Assembly (NCBI GenBank): GCA_027491435.1
Contig: JAOZFG010000005.1
Span: 1-41,394, forward strand
Length of the DNA stretch: 41,394 nt
Direction: 5' to 3'
Source of the DNA: Thermoproteota archaeon
Lineage (GTDB): Archaea; Korarchaeota; Korarchaeia; Korarchaeales; Korarchaeaceae
Both the position numbers and the translations under genes were made by a program. Below the pieces are notes generated by a model. It had not been told where the DNA came from, did no database searches, and saw only the letters and a program-made list of their open reading frames with translations. Each line of letters opens with the position of its first letter. The first letter of the stretch is position 1. Positions 28,377 through 37,134 of this stretch are shown in pieces.

Positions 28377-29006
28377 CTACGGGCGTAACCCTCTGCTCTC
28401 TTTCATGTAGTTCAGGGCCGCTGCTAGTATAGAGCTAATTATACGAGGTTCATTTCTGCCAAAGCCCACTATCAACAGATCGCCCTCCTTTAAGCTAAAC
28501 ATCCTAATCAGTTTCTCTTCGTCAACTAGGCTATAATCTTTGAGCATATCACCTGATTCAGGGAAAATTATTCCACTAGATCCCATGTAAAGAACTAAAG
28601 CACCTTCACCACCATGTCTTACCACATCATCTCTAACCCTTATAACGTTCGTTGGGGAGGGCGCCCTCCTTATCACTACCGCATACCCCTCACCCACCAA
28701 GTTGAGCTTAACAGGAGTTGGTGGCACTAATTCATTTAGAAGTTCGTCTAGCAACTTCTGGCCTTTACTGGTTAGGTAGCATCCACCTCTATCGGCCATA
28801 ATGAGGCCCAACTTGCTGAATTTCCTTATCATACTCCTAACACTCCCTTCCCCCAGTCCCAGCAGCTTAGATAGCTTTTTCCTGCCGACTTTCTTATCTT
28901 TGATGGTAATTAACAGAAGGAGAGCGTGAGCTTCCGTGAAGTGAGGGGCTGGGCCCCTCCCCCTTTGCTCCCCCGCGACCTCCTCTAGGTAGCTTAAAAT
29001 CTCCAA
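28377..29006 (-). CDS. wHTH putative regulator (DUF4443-like)
   Basis: GPAPHFT, GRKKLSKLLGLGEGSVRSMI HTH, RDDVVRHGG. Confidence 0.75.
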   Translation of the reverse strand: MEILSYLEEVAGEQRGRGPAPHFTEAHALLLLITIKDKKVGRKKLSKLLGLGEGSVRSMIRKFSKLGLIMADRGGCYLTSKGQKLLDELLNELVPPTPVKLNLVGEGYAVVIRRAPSPTNVIRVRDDVVRHGGEGALVLYMGSSGIIFPESGDMLKDYSLVDEEKLIRMFSLKEGDLLIVGFGRNEPRIISSILAAALNYMKESRGLRP

Positions 29007-29050
29007 AGTACCCCCTATGGCAGAGGGAGAAGGTAAAAATAAGTTTTCCT

Positions 29051-29785
29051 TCAGTCGTCTTCCCTTAAGAGCCCTAAGGCTTGTTGGTGCTTCTTCCCGT
29101 GGTCCCAGAATTCCTCAACTTCCTCTTTAGGCAGGCCCAGCTGGTTTGCCACGAGCTCCACTGAAGCATTTGGGTTTGCCCTCCTTATATCCTCTATTTT
29201 CTGGGCTAGGTAGTCCTCATAGCTTATCGCTTCTTCCCAAAGCCTCTCAAACCTCTCCTTGAATATGCTGGCCAAGCTCTCGGATTCTATCTTCACCCCC
29301 ACCCTAGTGGGTTGCTCCAAACCTACCTTCTCCGGGAAGCCGAGCACCACTATCTTATTGTCGACCACCATGTGCCTCAGGTCGTAGACGACGAGGCCCC
29401 CGTGGTACTTTATCTCGGCTCCGGCCTTCCTGTATAGGTGTCCGACGTAGAGCCTCTCACTTCCCTTGGGGAGCAAGTACCTAACCCTGGCCCCCCTGTT
29501 TACTGCCGCCCTTATCTCCTCTACAACCTTATCAAGAAAATCGCTTTGCCCTCTGGGCCTGCTTCCGGTGACTGATCCGAAGACCTCCTTTTTAGCGCTC
29601 CTTAAAGCTTCAAGCACTGAGTTGAAGTAAAGCGTCCTTGAGAGGAGCCTTGTCACCTCGAACATCTTCTCCAGCAGCTTTTTTCTGCCCTCTAGCTCGT
29701 GCCTGCTGAGGTAGAGCAGCACTATAGTGGCCACCAAGAGTATAAACTCGACAATCAAGAGGGCTAGAGCCAGTAGTTGCTCCAC
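29051..29785 (-). CDS. Membrane-anchored protein with TrmB/PLD-like domain and C-terminal HTH
   Basis: N-terminal TM helix; RGARVRYLL, DLRHMVVDNKIVVLG, FKERFERLW; SVELVANQLGLPKEEV; GTG 29785 after GAGGTGA. Confidence 0.7.
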   Translation of the reverse strand: MEQLLALALLIVEFILLVATIVLLYLSRHELEGRKKLLEKMFEVTRLLSRTLYFNSVLEALRSAKKEVFGSVTGSRPRGQSDFLDKVVEEIRAAVNRGARVRYLLPKGSERLYVGHLYRKAGAEIKYHGGLVVYDLRHMVVDNKIVVLGFPEKVGLEQPTRVGVKIESESLASIFKERFERLWEEAISYEDYLAQKIEDIRRANPNASVELVANQLGLPKEEVEEFWDHGKKHQQALGLLREDD

Positions 29786-29847
29786 GCGATCACCTCTCAG
29801 GCGAGTCCACGAGACCACATTTTTATTCCTTGTCTCGCGGTTACAAA

Positions 29848-30102
29848 ATGATGCGGATCAGGTTCAAGCTCTTGATGAAGTACAGGGACTTGGTGGGTCA
29901 ACCTGAGGTGGAAGTAGAGGTGCCGGAAGGCTCAACAGTGAGAGAGGCCCTCATCGCATTAGAGGAGAAGTACCCGCAGCTTAAAGGGGTGCACCAGGAT
30001 GAGGGACTCGTCCTTCTCAAAGGGGGCAAGGGAGTAAGCTTGGACGACGTCCTGGAGGGGAAAGAGGAGATCTCCCTGCTCCACTCGATAGGGGGAGGTT
30101 GA
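29848..30102 (+). CDS. MoaD/ThiS/SAMP-like ubiquitin-fold sulfur carrier
   Basis: Beta-grasp pattern (GSTVREAL..L..KYP) and C-terminal GG. Confidence 0.88.
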   Translation: MMRIRFKLLMKYRDLVGQPEVEVEVPEGSTVREALIALEEKYPQLKGVHQDEGLVLLKGGKGVSLDDVLEGKEEISLLHSIGGG

Positions 30103-30103
30103 A

Positions 30104-30547
30104 CTGGCCTGCTTCGAGAGGGGTGGTAGGGGAAGCAGGAAAGTCGATACGAATAACTGGAAGCTGGAGGTCTCGGGAAGGGTCAGGAGGAACCTGGCAT
30201 TAACGCTAGACGATCTTATGTCCATGCCTAAGGTCGAGCTGATCACTGACTTCCTGTGTCGGTCAGGAAGGGTTGAAAAGGACGTGAGGTTCGAAGGCGT
30301 TAGGGTCAGGGACGTCCTAACGCTGGCCCATCCCCTGAAGTACAACTGTGTCAGGTTTGAGAGCCTCGACGGCTTTTACCTAAAGGTGGACAGGGAAGCA
30401 GCCACGTCAGACGAGTCCATAATAGTGCTTAGGATGAACGGTTCCTTCCTCACGCCTAGAAGGGGCTATCCAGCGAGGCTTTTCATAGCCTCGCTTCAGG
30501 GGCCTAACAGCCTAAAGTGGTTGCACAGGATAGTCCTGACCGAGTGA
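30104..30547 (+). CDS. Small sulfite-oxidase-family molybdopterin-binding oxidoreductase (MsrP/YedY-like domain)
   Basis: WKLEVSG, LTLDDL..MP, DFLC (Mo-ligand Cys), FEGVRV, RGYPARL, SLKWL; similarity extends upstream of the ORF-track ATG to a CTG at 30104. Confidence 0.8.
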   Translation: MACFERGGRGSRKVDTNNWKLEVSGRVRRNLALTLDDLMSMPKVELITDFLCRSGRVEKDVRFEGVRVRDVLTLAHPLKYNCVRFESLDGFYLKVDREAATSDESIIVLRMNGSFLTPRRGYPARLFIASLQGPNSLKWLHRIVLTE

Positions 30548-30576
30548 TTTAAAATATTTGAAAGGAAAGTGCCTGG

Positions 30577-31767
30577 ATGCGCATAGCGGTTCTGGGAGCT
30601 GGAATAGCTGCCTCCTCTATAACTTACGATTTAGCTGACGATGAGGTCAGCCCCGAAGTTGAAGAGGTTCTAGTAGCTGATATAGTAGAGGAGAAGGCTA
30701 GAAGGGTAGCTGAAGGGGCCAGCAAATTCACCAGTAAGAAGGAAGTGAGACACGCCAGGGTGGACGCCTCTAAAGTGGAGGAAGTCTCCTCCCTGATAAG
30801 GGGCTATGACGTGGTGATCAACGGGGTCATATACACCTACATACCTCAGGTGATGAGGGCCGCCCTTAAGGCCGGCGTGCATTACGTCGACCTGGGCAGC
30901 GATGTGGAGACGGTGTTGAAGCAATATGAGATGGACGATGACTTTAGAAGGGCCGGGCTAATAGCTGTTCCTGGCATGGGGGGAAGCCCAGGCACCATAA
31001 ACGTGGCTGGGAAATACGCTATAAGCTTGCTGGACAGGGTTGAGAGGCTCCTGTTGAGGGAGGGGTGGGTGGACCTAACTCCCTACGAGGGCCTAGGCGT
31101 ACCCTTGCCAGTGCCCTATTCCCTGGAGACTATACTCGACGAGCTGGAAGACCCAGTTGAGGTCTGGGAGGACGGTAAGATAGTCAAGGTTCCCGCCTTC
31201 TCTGGCAGGGAGGTAATGGAGTTCCCCCAGCCCATAGGGGAGGTCGAGCTTTACTACGTGGAGCACCCCGAGGTCTTCACCTTGGCCAGGCATTACCAGG
31301 AGAAGGGGCTTAAGTTCGTAGACTACAAGCTCTCCTTCCCGAGGGAGCTCTACCTCAAGTACAGGCTGCTGTACGAGCTGGGCTTGACCAAGCAAGTTAA
31401 GCCGAAGGGGTGCGAAAGGACCTTCAGGGACCTCCTCAAGGATAGGGTAGAGGCTACCCTAGAGGGAAAGGAGTTCAAAGTGATCGATTATGACGTCATG
31501 AGGGCCATAGCCGAGGGAGAGCGTTCGGGTAATAAGGCTAGGGTTGTGGTGGACGTCTTCACCGGCTGGCACATTAAGTGGGAACTCTCAGCTCAGTCCA
31601 CCTTAGTGGGAATGCCCGCCTCCATATTGGCCCAGTGGATAGCCAAGGGAGTTATAGAAGAGAAGGGCGTCAGAGACCCAGAGGAGGTCGTTGATCCTCT
31701 TCCCTTCTTCGACGAGTTGAAAAAGAGGGGCTCTAGGGTTACCGTAACCCTAGAGGAGCTAACATGA
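30577..31767 (+). CDS. Saccharopine-dehydrogenase-like NAD(P) oxidoreductase
   Basis: VLGAG Rossmann start, HYVDLG, GMGGSPG, ETILDE, HPEV. Confidence 0.85.
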   Translation: MRIAVLGAGIAASSITYDLADDEVSPEVEEVLVADIVEEKARRVAEGASKFTSKKEVRHARVDASKVEEVSSLIRGYDVVINGVIYTYIPQVMRAALKAGVHYVDLGSDVETVLKQYEMDDDFRRAGLIAVPGMGGSPGTINVAGKYAISLLDRVERLLLREGWVDLTPYEGLGVPLPVPYSLETILDELEDPVEVWEDGKIVKVPAFSGREVMEFPQPIGEVELYYVEHPEVFTLARHYQEKGLKFVDYKLSFPRELYLKYRLLYELGLTKQVKPKGCERTFRDLLKDRVEATLEGKEFKVIDYDVMRAIAEGERSGNKARVVVDVFTGWHIKWELSAQSTLVGMPASILAQWIAKGVIEEKGVRDPEEVVDPLPFFDELKKRGSRVTVTLEELT

Positions 31768-32868
31768 ATCAAGCAGGTCGTCTATCCCAACCTTCTTGAC
31801 CACCTTCGAGAACTCCTCCCAGTTTCCCCTAGTCTTGGGCTTTAACGGTGCGAACGGGCAGCCCTCCGTCTTTCTAGCGGTGATCTCGTAGGTGCCTATC
31901 TTCCTGGCTAGGTCCATGATCTCGTCCTTGTCCATGCCTATCAACGGCCTAAGCACGTTAACTGGTAGGCACCTGGAGGTAACTGCCATGTTATGCAGGG
32001 TCTGAGATGCCACCTGTCCTAGGGAATCACCCATCACAACGGCAAGGGCTCCATGCCTCTCAGCTATTTTAGACGCCTCAACTAACATCCTCCTTTTACA
32101 GAGGAGACAGGTCCACTCCCTGGCCTCGCTGGCCTTTGAGAGGAAGTTGTAGTGATCCACGATGATAGGCTCGTGCACGTGCCCATATGAGTAGCGCCTC
32201 AAAACTTTGAGGACCTCCCTGAACCTGCGCTCTCCCTCCTCAGTTATCCTGAAGTGGACTGGTATTATCTCAGCCCCCCTCCTCATCATCAACCAAGCGG
32301 CTACGGGGCTGTCAATCCCGTCGCTTATCAGGGCGAGCACCTTACCCTGAGTCCCCACAGGAAGCCCTCCAAATCCCTCTATCCTCTCGTCAAACAGATA
32401 GGCCGCCTTCCCTATTATCTCTATGCCTATAACTTGGTCCGGATCCTTAAGGTTCACTTCCCTGCCCGTCTTCTCCTTGATATAGCCTCCAATAACTCTG
32501 GCCAGCTCTACAGAGGTTAGGGGGAACTCCTTAGTCACCCTCTGAGCTCTCACAGCGAAGCTTCCCTCCCCCTCTTTGGCCACCACCAGGGCATACTCCT
32601 TCAAAAGATCGAGCTGGGCTGGCACCTCCAGGGCCGGGCTGTATGATTTTACGCCTAACACCAACTTGGTCACATCCCTAACCTTAGGATCCGAAGAGTA
32701 CGCTACTATCCTGCTGACCCTCCTGACGACCTTTGTGAAGGAGACCCCCTCGTTCAGGTAAGTTTCCCTGACGTTGTTGATCAGCACTTCCTCGAACTCC
32801 TTCCTCACCCTGCGGGTCTTTAGCCCTATCTCCGAGTACCTGATCAGCACCGTGTTAAATTTCCTCAT
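31759..32868 (-). CDS. thiI: tRNA 4-thiouridine synthase, THUMP + PP-loop, Fe-S type
   Basis: RYSEIGLK, GGLPVGTQG, SDGIDSPVA, CLLC, GDSLGQVASQTL, RPLIG, GCPF; no rhodanese domain. Confidence 0.93.
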   Translation of the reverse strand: MRKFNTVLIRYSEIGLKTRRVRKEFEEVLINNVRETYLNEGVSFTKVVRRVSRIVAYSSDPKVRDVTKLVLGVKSYSPALEVPAQLDLLKEYALVVAKEGEGSFAVRAQRVTKEFPLTSVELARVIGGYIKEKTGREVNLKDPDQVIGIEIIGKAAYLFDERIEGFGGLPVGTQGKVLALISDGIDSPVAAWLMMRRGAEIIPVHFRITEEGERRFREVLKVLRRYSYGHVHEPIIVDHYNFLSKASEAREWTCLLCKRRMLVEASKIAERHGALAVVMGDSLGQVASQTLHNMAVTSRCLPVNVLRPLIGMDKDEIMDLARKIGTYEITARKTEGCPFAPLKPKTRGNWEEFSKVVKKVGIDDLLDSC

Positions 32869-32924
32869 GATATCCCCGGATAGGGACTTCTAAGGGTTAT
32901 AAGGTATGACCGTACATATCAGGG

Positions 32925-35126
32925 ATGAAAACGTTCTACCACCTGGAGAGCAGGGACGGGCTCATAGAGATCTGGCTTTCCGGAGGAAAGCTCATCAGAA
33001 GGAAATTCAGGCCCTACTTCTTGGTCCATAGGGATAAGGAGGGGCTAGTCAGCGGCTATCTGGATAAGGAATACGTTAAGGTTAAGGTCAGGGGCATAGA
33101 TAGGGACATGGTGAAGTTCTACTTTCTGGACGATAAGAGCAGGAAGAGGGCAGCCAAGGGATTGGAGGAAGTGTTCAACCTCGAACTTAACCCGTGGGAG
33201 CAGTTCCTCCTGGACACCGGCCTAGAACCGTTCTCTGAGGTTGACGAGGGGTTGCATGTGCTGGGGGAATCTTCCCTTGACTCCCTCACCAAGTTTTACT
33301 TCTCAGGGGTTATCTACAGCGAGGACGGATTCCCAGTAGAGGGAAAGAGCCCTGTGATTGCAATAGCCTACTCCGTTGACGATGGGCCTGTCGAGGTAAT
33401 TTACGCCAGCGACATGGACGACGGTCAGGTTCTGAAGGAGTTCGTGGAGTTAGTCAAGAGGGTTGACCCAGACGTGCTCATAGGATATGGCCACGACGCA
33501 GACGAGCTGCAGCATATGTCTGCTAGGGCTAGAGTTAACGGTCTGAGGCTCTCATTGGGCAGGGAGGGAGAAGAGCCAGTTCAGACCGGCAGGTTCTTCA
33601 GGGGGATGATCCTTGTGGAGCAGAAGATTAGGGGAAGGGCAAACATCGACATGTTCCCCATAGCTTGGAGGGACTTCCCCCAGCTTCCTACAAAGACCTG
33701 GTACGAGCTGGCTGACGAAATAGGCGTTTCTAGGCCTAAAGCTCTGATGAAGTTCAGGATCCCCGACCTCTGGAGGAGGGATAAGGATCAGTTGATAGGC
33801 TATCTGAAGGAGAAGCTACAAACTATAAAAGAAATATCGAGCAAGCTCCTTCCCAATCAGGTGGAGCTATCGAGGCTCGTGCTTAGGCCTATTCATTACC
33901 TGGTTAGGTCCCCCGTGGGGGAGATAGTGGAATCCTACGTGTTCAGAGAGGCGCACTCTAAAGGTTGGGCTATCCCGGGGAAGAGCCCAGGAGGAGGAGG
34001 TTACGCGGGAGGTTATGTCTGGCTGAGGGCCCCCGGAATTTATGAGGGAGTTGGTTACTTGGACTTCGCCAGCATGTATCCCTCTATAATGGCTTCCCAC
34101 AACATAAGCGTGGAGACCGTCAATCCGCCAGAGGGCCTGTGCAGGGTCAAATCCCTATCAATTGAGGGGACGTCTGCTCTCGTGTGCGAAGATTACAGGG
34201 GGATACTTAGCGAGATAATAGACAGGCTCCTTAGAATGAGATCTGAGATAAAGGGGAAGATGAAGGCCCTCCCCGAGGGCTCGCCAGAGAGGAAGAGGCT
34301 CGACGCCATCCAGAGGGCTGTCAAGGTGATAACCAACGCTACCTATGGTTACCTCGGGTGGGAAGGGGCTTGCTTCAAGAACCCGGATGCGGCTAGGCTC
34401 GTGGCGGCCCTCGGCAGGTTCTACATAAAGAAGGTTAAGGAGATGGCTGAAAGCAGGGGGCTTAAGGCCATCTACATAGACACCGATGGGATACAGCTCA
34501 CAGGGGGGACCACTGAAGTTTATCAGGAGCTGGTGGACTATGTGAACGAAAGCCTGCCTTTAAGGATAGAGCTTGAGTACGTGGCTGAGAGGGCAATTTA
34601 CCTGACTAAGAAGAAGTACGCCCACCTGGTTAATGGGAGGCTCGTAGCCAAGGGGTTCGAGTTCGTGAGGAGAGACTACCCGAACATAGTGAAGGAGGCT
34701 CAGAGGAAGGTCGTAGAGATGCTCCTCATGGGGGAAGGCATCGAGAAAATTAAGAAGGTAGTGAGGAAGTACGTAAAGAGAATAGAGGAACTTAAGGTTG
34801 AGAAGGAGGATCTAATAATCATAGAAACCATAGGAAAAGAGGTAGAACGCTTTGAGAGGAGGACCAAAGGTTACTACGTAGCCAAGTGGCTTAAGGAGAG
34901 AAAGGGCATAGAGGTCCACAGGGGGCAGGTGCTGAGGATACTCATAGTGAGGGGAGGGGGGAGCGTAAATGAGAGGGCCAGGCCTGCTGAGTTCTTCTCG
35001 GTGGAAGACGTTGATAAGGAATATTACATTAGACTCCTTGAGCAAGTAATAGAGAGGACGCTAGAAGCTGCTAAGAACGTGATAAGGGAGGAGAGGAGAA
35101 CTGGGCTTGAGCAGTGGCTGGCTTAA
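32925..35126 (+). CDS. polB: Family B DNA polymerase, polymerase motifs intact, 3'-5' exonuclease motifs degenerate
   Basis: DFASMYPS, QRAVKVITNATYGY, YIDTDG, KKKYA, KGFEFVRRD; C-terminal PIP-like TGLEQWL. Confidence 0.93.
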   Translation: MKTFYHLESRDGLIEIWLSGGKLIRRKFRPYFLVHRDKEGLVSGYLDKEYVKVKVRGIDRDMVKFYFLDDKSRKRAAKGLEEVFNLELNPWEQFLLDTGLEPFSEVDEGLHVLGESSLDSLTKFYFSGVIYSEDGFPVEGKSPVIAIAYSVDDGPVEVIYASDMDDGQVLKEFVELVKRVDPDVLIGYGHDADELQHMSARARVNGLRLSLGREGEEPVQTGRFFRGMILVEQKIRGRANIDMFPIAWRDFPQLPTKTWYELADEIGVSRPKALMKFRIPDLWRRDKDQLIGYLKEKLQTIKEISSKLLPNQVELSRLVLRPIHYLVRSPVGEIVESYVFREAHSKGWAIPGKSPGGGGYAGGYVWLRAPGIYEGVGYLDFASMYPSIMASHNISVETVNPPEGLCRVKSLSIEGTSALVCEDYRGILSEIIDRLLRMRSEIKGKMKALPEGSPERKRLDAIQRAVKVITNATYGYLGWEGACFKNPDAARLVAALGRFYIKKVKEMAESRGLKAIYIDTDGIQLTGGTTEVYQELVDYVNESLPLRIELEYVAERAIYLTKKKYAHLVNGRLVAKGFEFVRRDYPNIVKEAQRKVVEMLLMGEGIEKIKKVVRKYVKRIEELKVEKEDLIIIETIGKEVERFERRTKGYYVAKWLKERKGIEVHRGQVLRILIVRGGGSVNERARPAEFFSVEDVDKEYYIRLLEQVIERTLEAAKNVIREERRTGLEQWLA

Positions 35127-35134
35127 GAAAAAGT

Positions 35135-35476
35135 TTAGACCCTGAGGAACTTCAACGGGAGCTTGGACCCCTTCCTTCTCGTGTACGGCCTGTTTATTGG
35201 TATCCTTAACTTCCTCTCCTCCTCAGACCTGGGCCTTACTATGCCCAAGTAGACCGCGCAGCTTATGCAGTAGTACCTGGTCTCCAACCTCTTGGATATA
35301 TAGGTGCCCTGCCTCTCCAAGTCCTTACCCAATGAACCTCCTACCGGGGTCACCCACCTGGTGACCTTGACGGCCTTATCAGCTGGGACGGCCCGCCCAC
35401 ACTGGGCGCATTGGACTATCTTCTCGTGTCCGGAATCACCTAACTTCCTACCTCTGTTCTTCCTCTTTTTAGGCAT
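35135..35476 (-). CDS. rps26e: 30S ribosomal protein S26e (eS26)
   Basis: MPKKRKNRGR, CAQCGRAVPADKAV, YYCISCA. Confidence 0.96.
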   Translation of the reverse strand: MPKKRKNRGRKLGDSGHEKIVQCAQCGRAVPADKAVKVTRWVTPVGGSLGKDLERQGTYISKRLETRYYCISCAVYLGIVRPRSEEERKLRIPINRPYTRRKGSKLPLKFLRV

Positions 35477-35620
35477 GGTTTTCCCCGGGTTACCGGATCT
35501 CTTAGAAATAAAAACTTTCTGATGTTGGTTGGAACGGGCATCCAGAGGCTATTCCAGGCGAGTCGGGGATGAAGTGCGCTTATTAAGGGAAAAAGGAGTA
35601 TCAGGTCGTTAATTAAGCCT

Positions 35621-37060
35621 TCAGTATGACCTAGCAATCCAAGCCCTGTGCTTGGCTTCCCTGCCACATACAATGCACTTCTTGCCGCTTCCCTCGTAAT
35701 AGCCCTCTTCGTAACCTAATAGGCCGTATCCAGCCTCTTCCTCCACCTCATGCCCGCACTCATCCAGCCCACACCACGGGAATGAGACCATCTTCTGTGT
35801 GACGTGTTCTTTAACCTCCTCTATCGATTCAGCGTGATATACCCTCTCATTGAAGTAATTCTCAGCCTGCTTCTTCATTGTGTCTTCTATGTCCTCAAAA
35901 AGCTTCTCCAGCTCCTCTTCAAGCTCTGACAGGTTTATCTTCACCCTCTCCCCAGTGTCCCTCCTGGCGACGGTGACGAACTGCTTCTCCGTCTCCTCCC
36001 TTCCAACCTCTATTCTGGCGGGCACTCCCTTCATCTCCCACCTGTAGAACTTGAACCCAGGCCTCTCGTCCTCGTCGTCCAGCACCACCCTGAACCTGGA
36101 GGAAAGCCTCTCGTGCAAAGACTTGGAGAACTCGTTCACCTTGTCCTCGTATCCCTTAGTCGGTATTGGCACTATGACCACCTGAATGGGCGCCAGCTTG
36201 GGGGGTATCTTGAGGCCCCTGTTGTCTCCGTGAATGGAGATCATGGCCGCCAAGGATCTCTCTGAGATCCCGAAGGAAGTGGTGTTGACGTACCTCTTCT
36301 CCCCATTCTGATCCATGTAAACTAGGTCGTAGGTCTTCGCGAATAGGTCCCCGAAGTTTATAGCGCTTCCTAGCTCCAGAGCCTTCCCGTCCGGCATTAT
36401 AGTGACTATATCGTAGTTGTACTTGGCCCCGGGGAAGGTGTCCCAAGGGGGCGTCTTAACTACTATGTAAGGCACCAGCAGCTCATCGTAGAACTTCTTG
36501 TAAATCTCAACTTCAAGATCAACCTGCTTCACCGCATCCTCGTAGGTGGCGTGGAAGGTGTGGCCCTCCTTGAAGAAGACTATCTCTCTAACCCTCAGCA
36601 TAGGCCTGGTGGCTTTGGTCTCGTACCTGTACACGGGCACTATCTGGTAAATCCTCAGGGGCAGGTCCTTGTAGCTGGTTATCCACCTCTTGAGGACCTC
36701 ATACATTATGGCCTCGCTGGTTGGCCTAAGAGCGAGCCTCTCCTGTATCTTCTTCCTTCCTAAAGCAGTTATCCAGAAGATAGAATCTTCAAAACCTTTT
36801 ATGAATCGGAACTCCCTCCCAAGGACGCTTTCTGGAACAACTCCGGGGAAGTAGACCCTCCTATGGCCGGTCTCCCTCAAGAGCCTCTCCATCACGTTCA
36901 TGATGTTCTCCATAAGTTGGTATCCGTAGGGAAGCCACACGTACATCCCCTTGACAGGGTATCTCTCGTCCAGTATCTCGGCCTTGAAGATCACCTCGTC
37001 GAACCACCTTGAAAATTCTACCTCCTTCGGAGTCACTTCAAAGGCCTTCCTTTCCGACAA
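35621..37060 (-). CDS. proS: Proline--tRNA ligase (archaeal/eukaryotic type)
   Basis: YPVKGMYVW, RPTSE, RYETKATRP, FPGA, HGDNRGL, C-terminal Zn-binding Cys. Confidence 0.96.
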   Translation of the reverse strand: MSERKAFEVTPKEVEFSRWFDEVIFKAEILDERYPVKGMYVWLPYGYQLMENIMNVMERLLRETGHRRVYFPGVVPESVLGREFRFIKGFEDSIFWITALGRKKIQERLALRPTSEAIMYEVLKRWITSYKDLPLRIYQIVPVYRYETKATRPMLRVREIVFFKEGHTFHATYEDAVKQVDLEVEIYKKFYDELLVPYIVVKTPPWDTFPGAKYNYDIVTIMPDGKALELGSAINFGDLFAKTYDLVYMDQNGEKRYVNTTSFGISERSLAAMISIHGDNRGLKIPPKLAPIQVVIVPIPTKGYEDKVNEFSKSLHERLSSRFRVVLDDEDERPGFKFYRWEMKGVPARIEVGREETEKQFVTVARRDTGERVKINLSELEEELEKLFEDIEDTMKKQAENYFNERVYHAESIEEVKEHVTQKMVSFPWCGLDECGHEVEEEAGYGLLGYEEGYYEGSGKKCIVCGREAKHRAWIARSY

Positions 37061-37134
37061 GCTATCACCTCAACCTCGACCTATTGTCGCCCCAACTTTT
37101 TAAGTTCTCTTTACCCCAAGGACGCAGCCCTCAG

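Noticed and set aside
35520-35580. C/D-box or H/ACA sRNA between proS and rps26e
   Set aside because: Only a weak TGGAA/TTCCA stem; box C-like and box D-like words are in the wrong order; no K-turn
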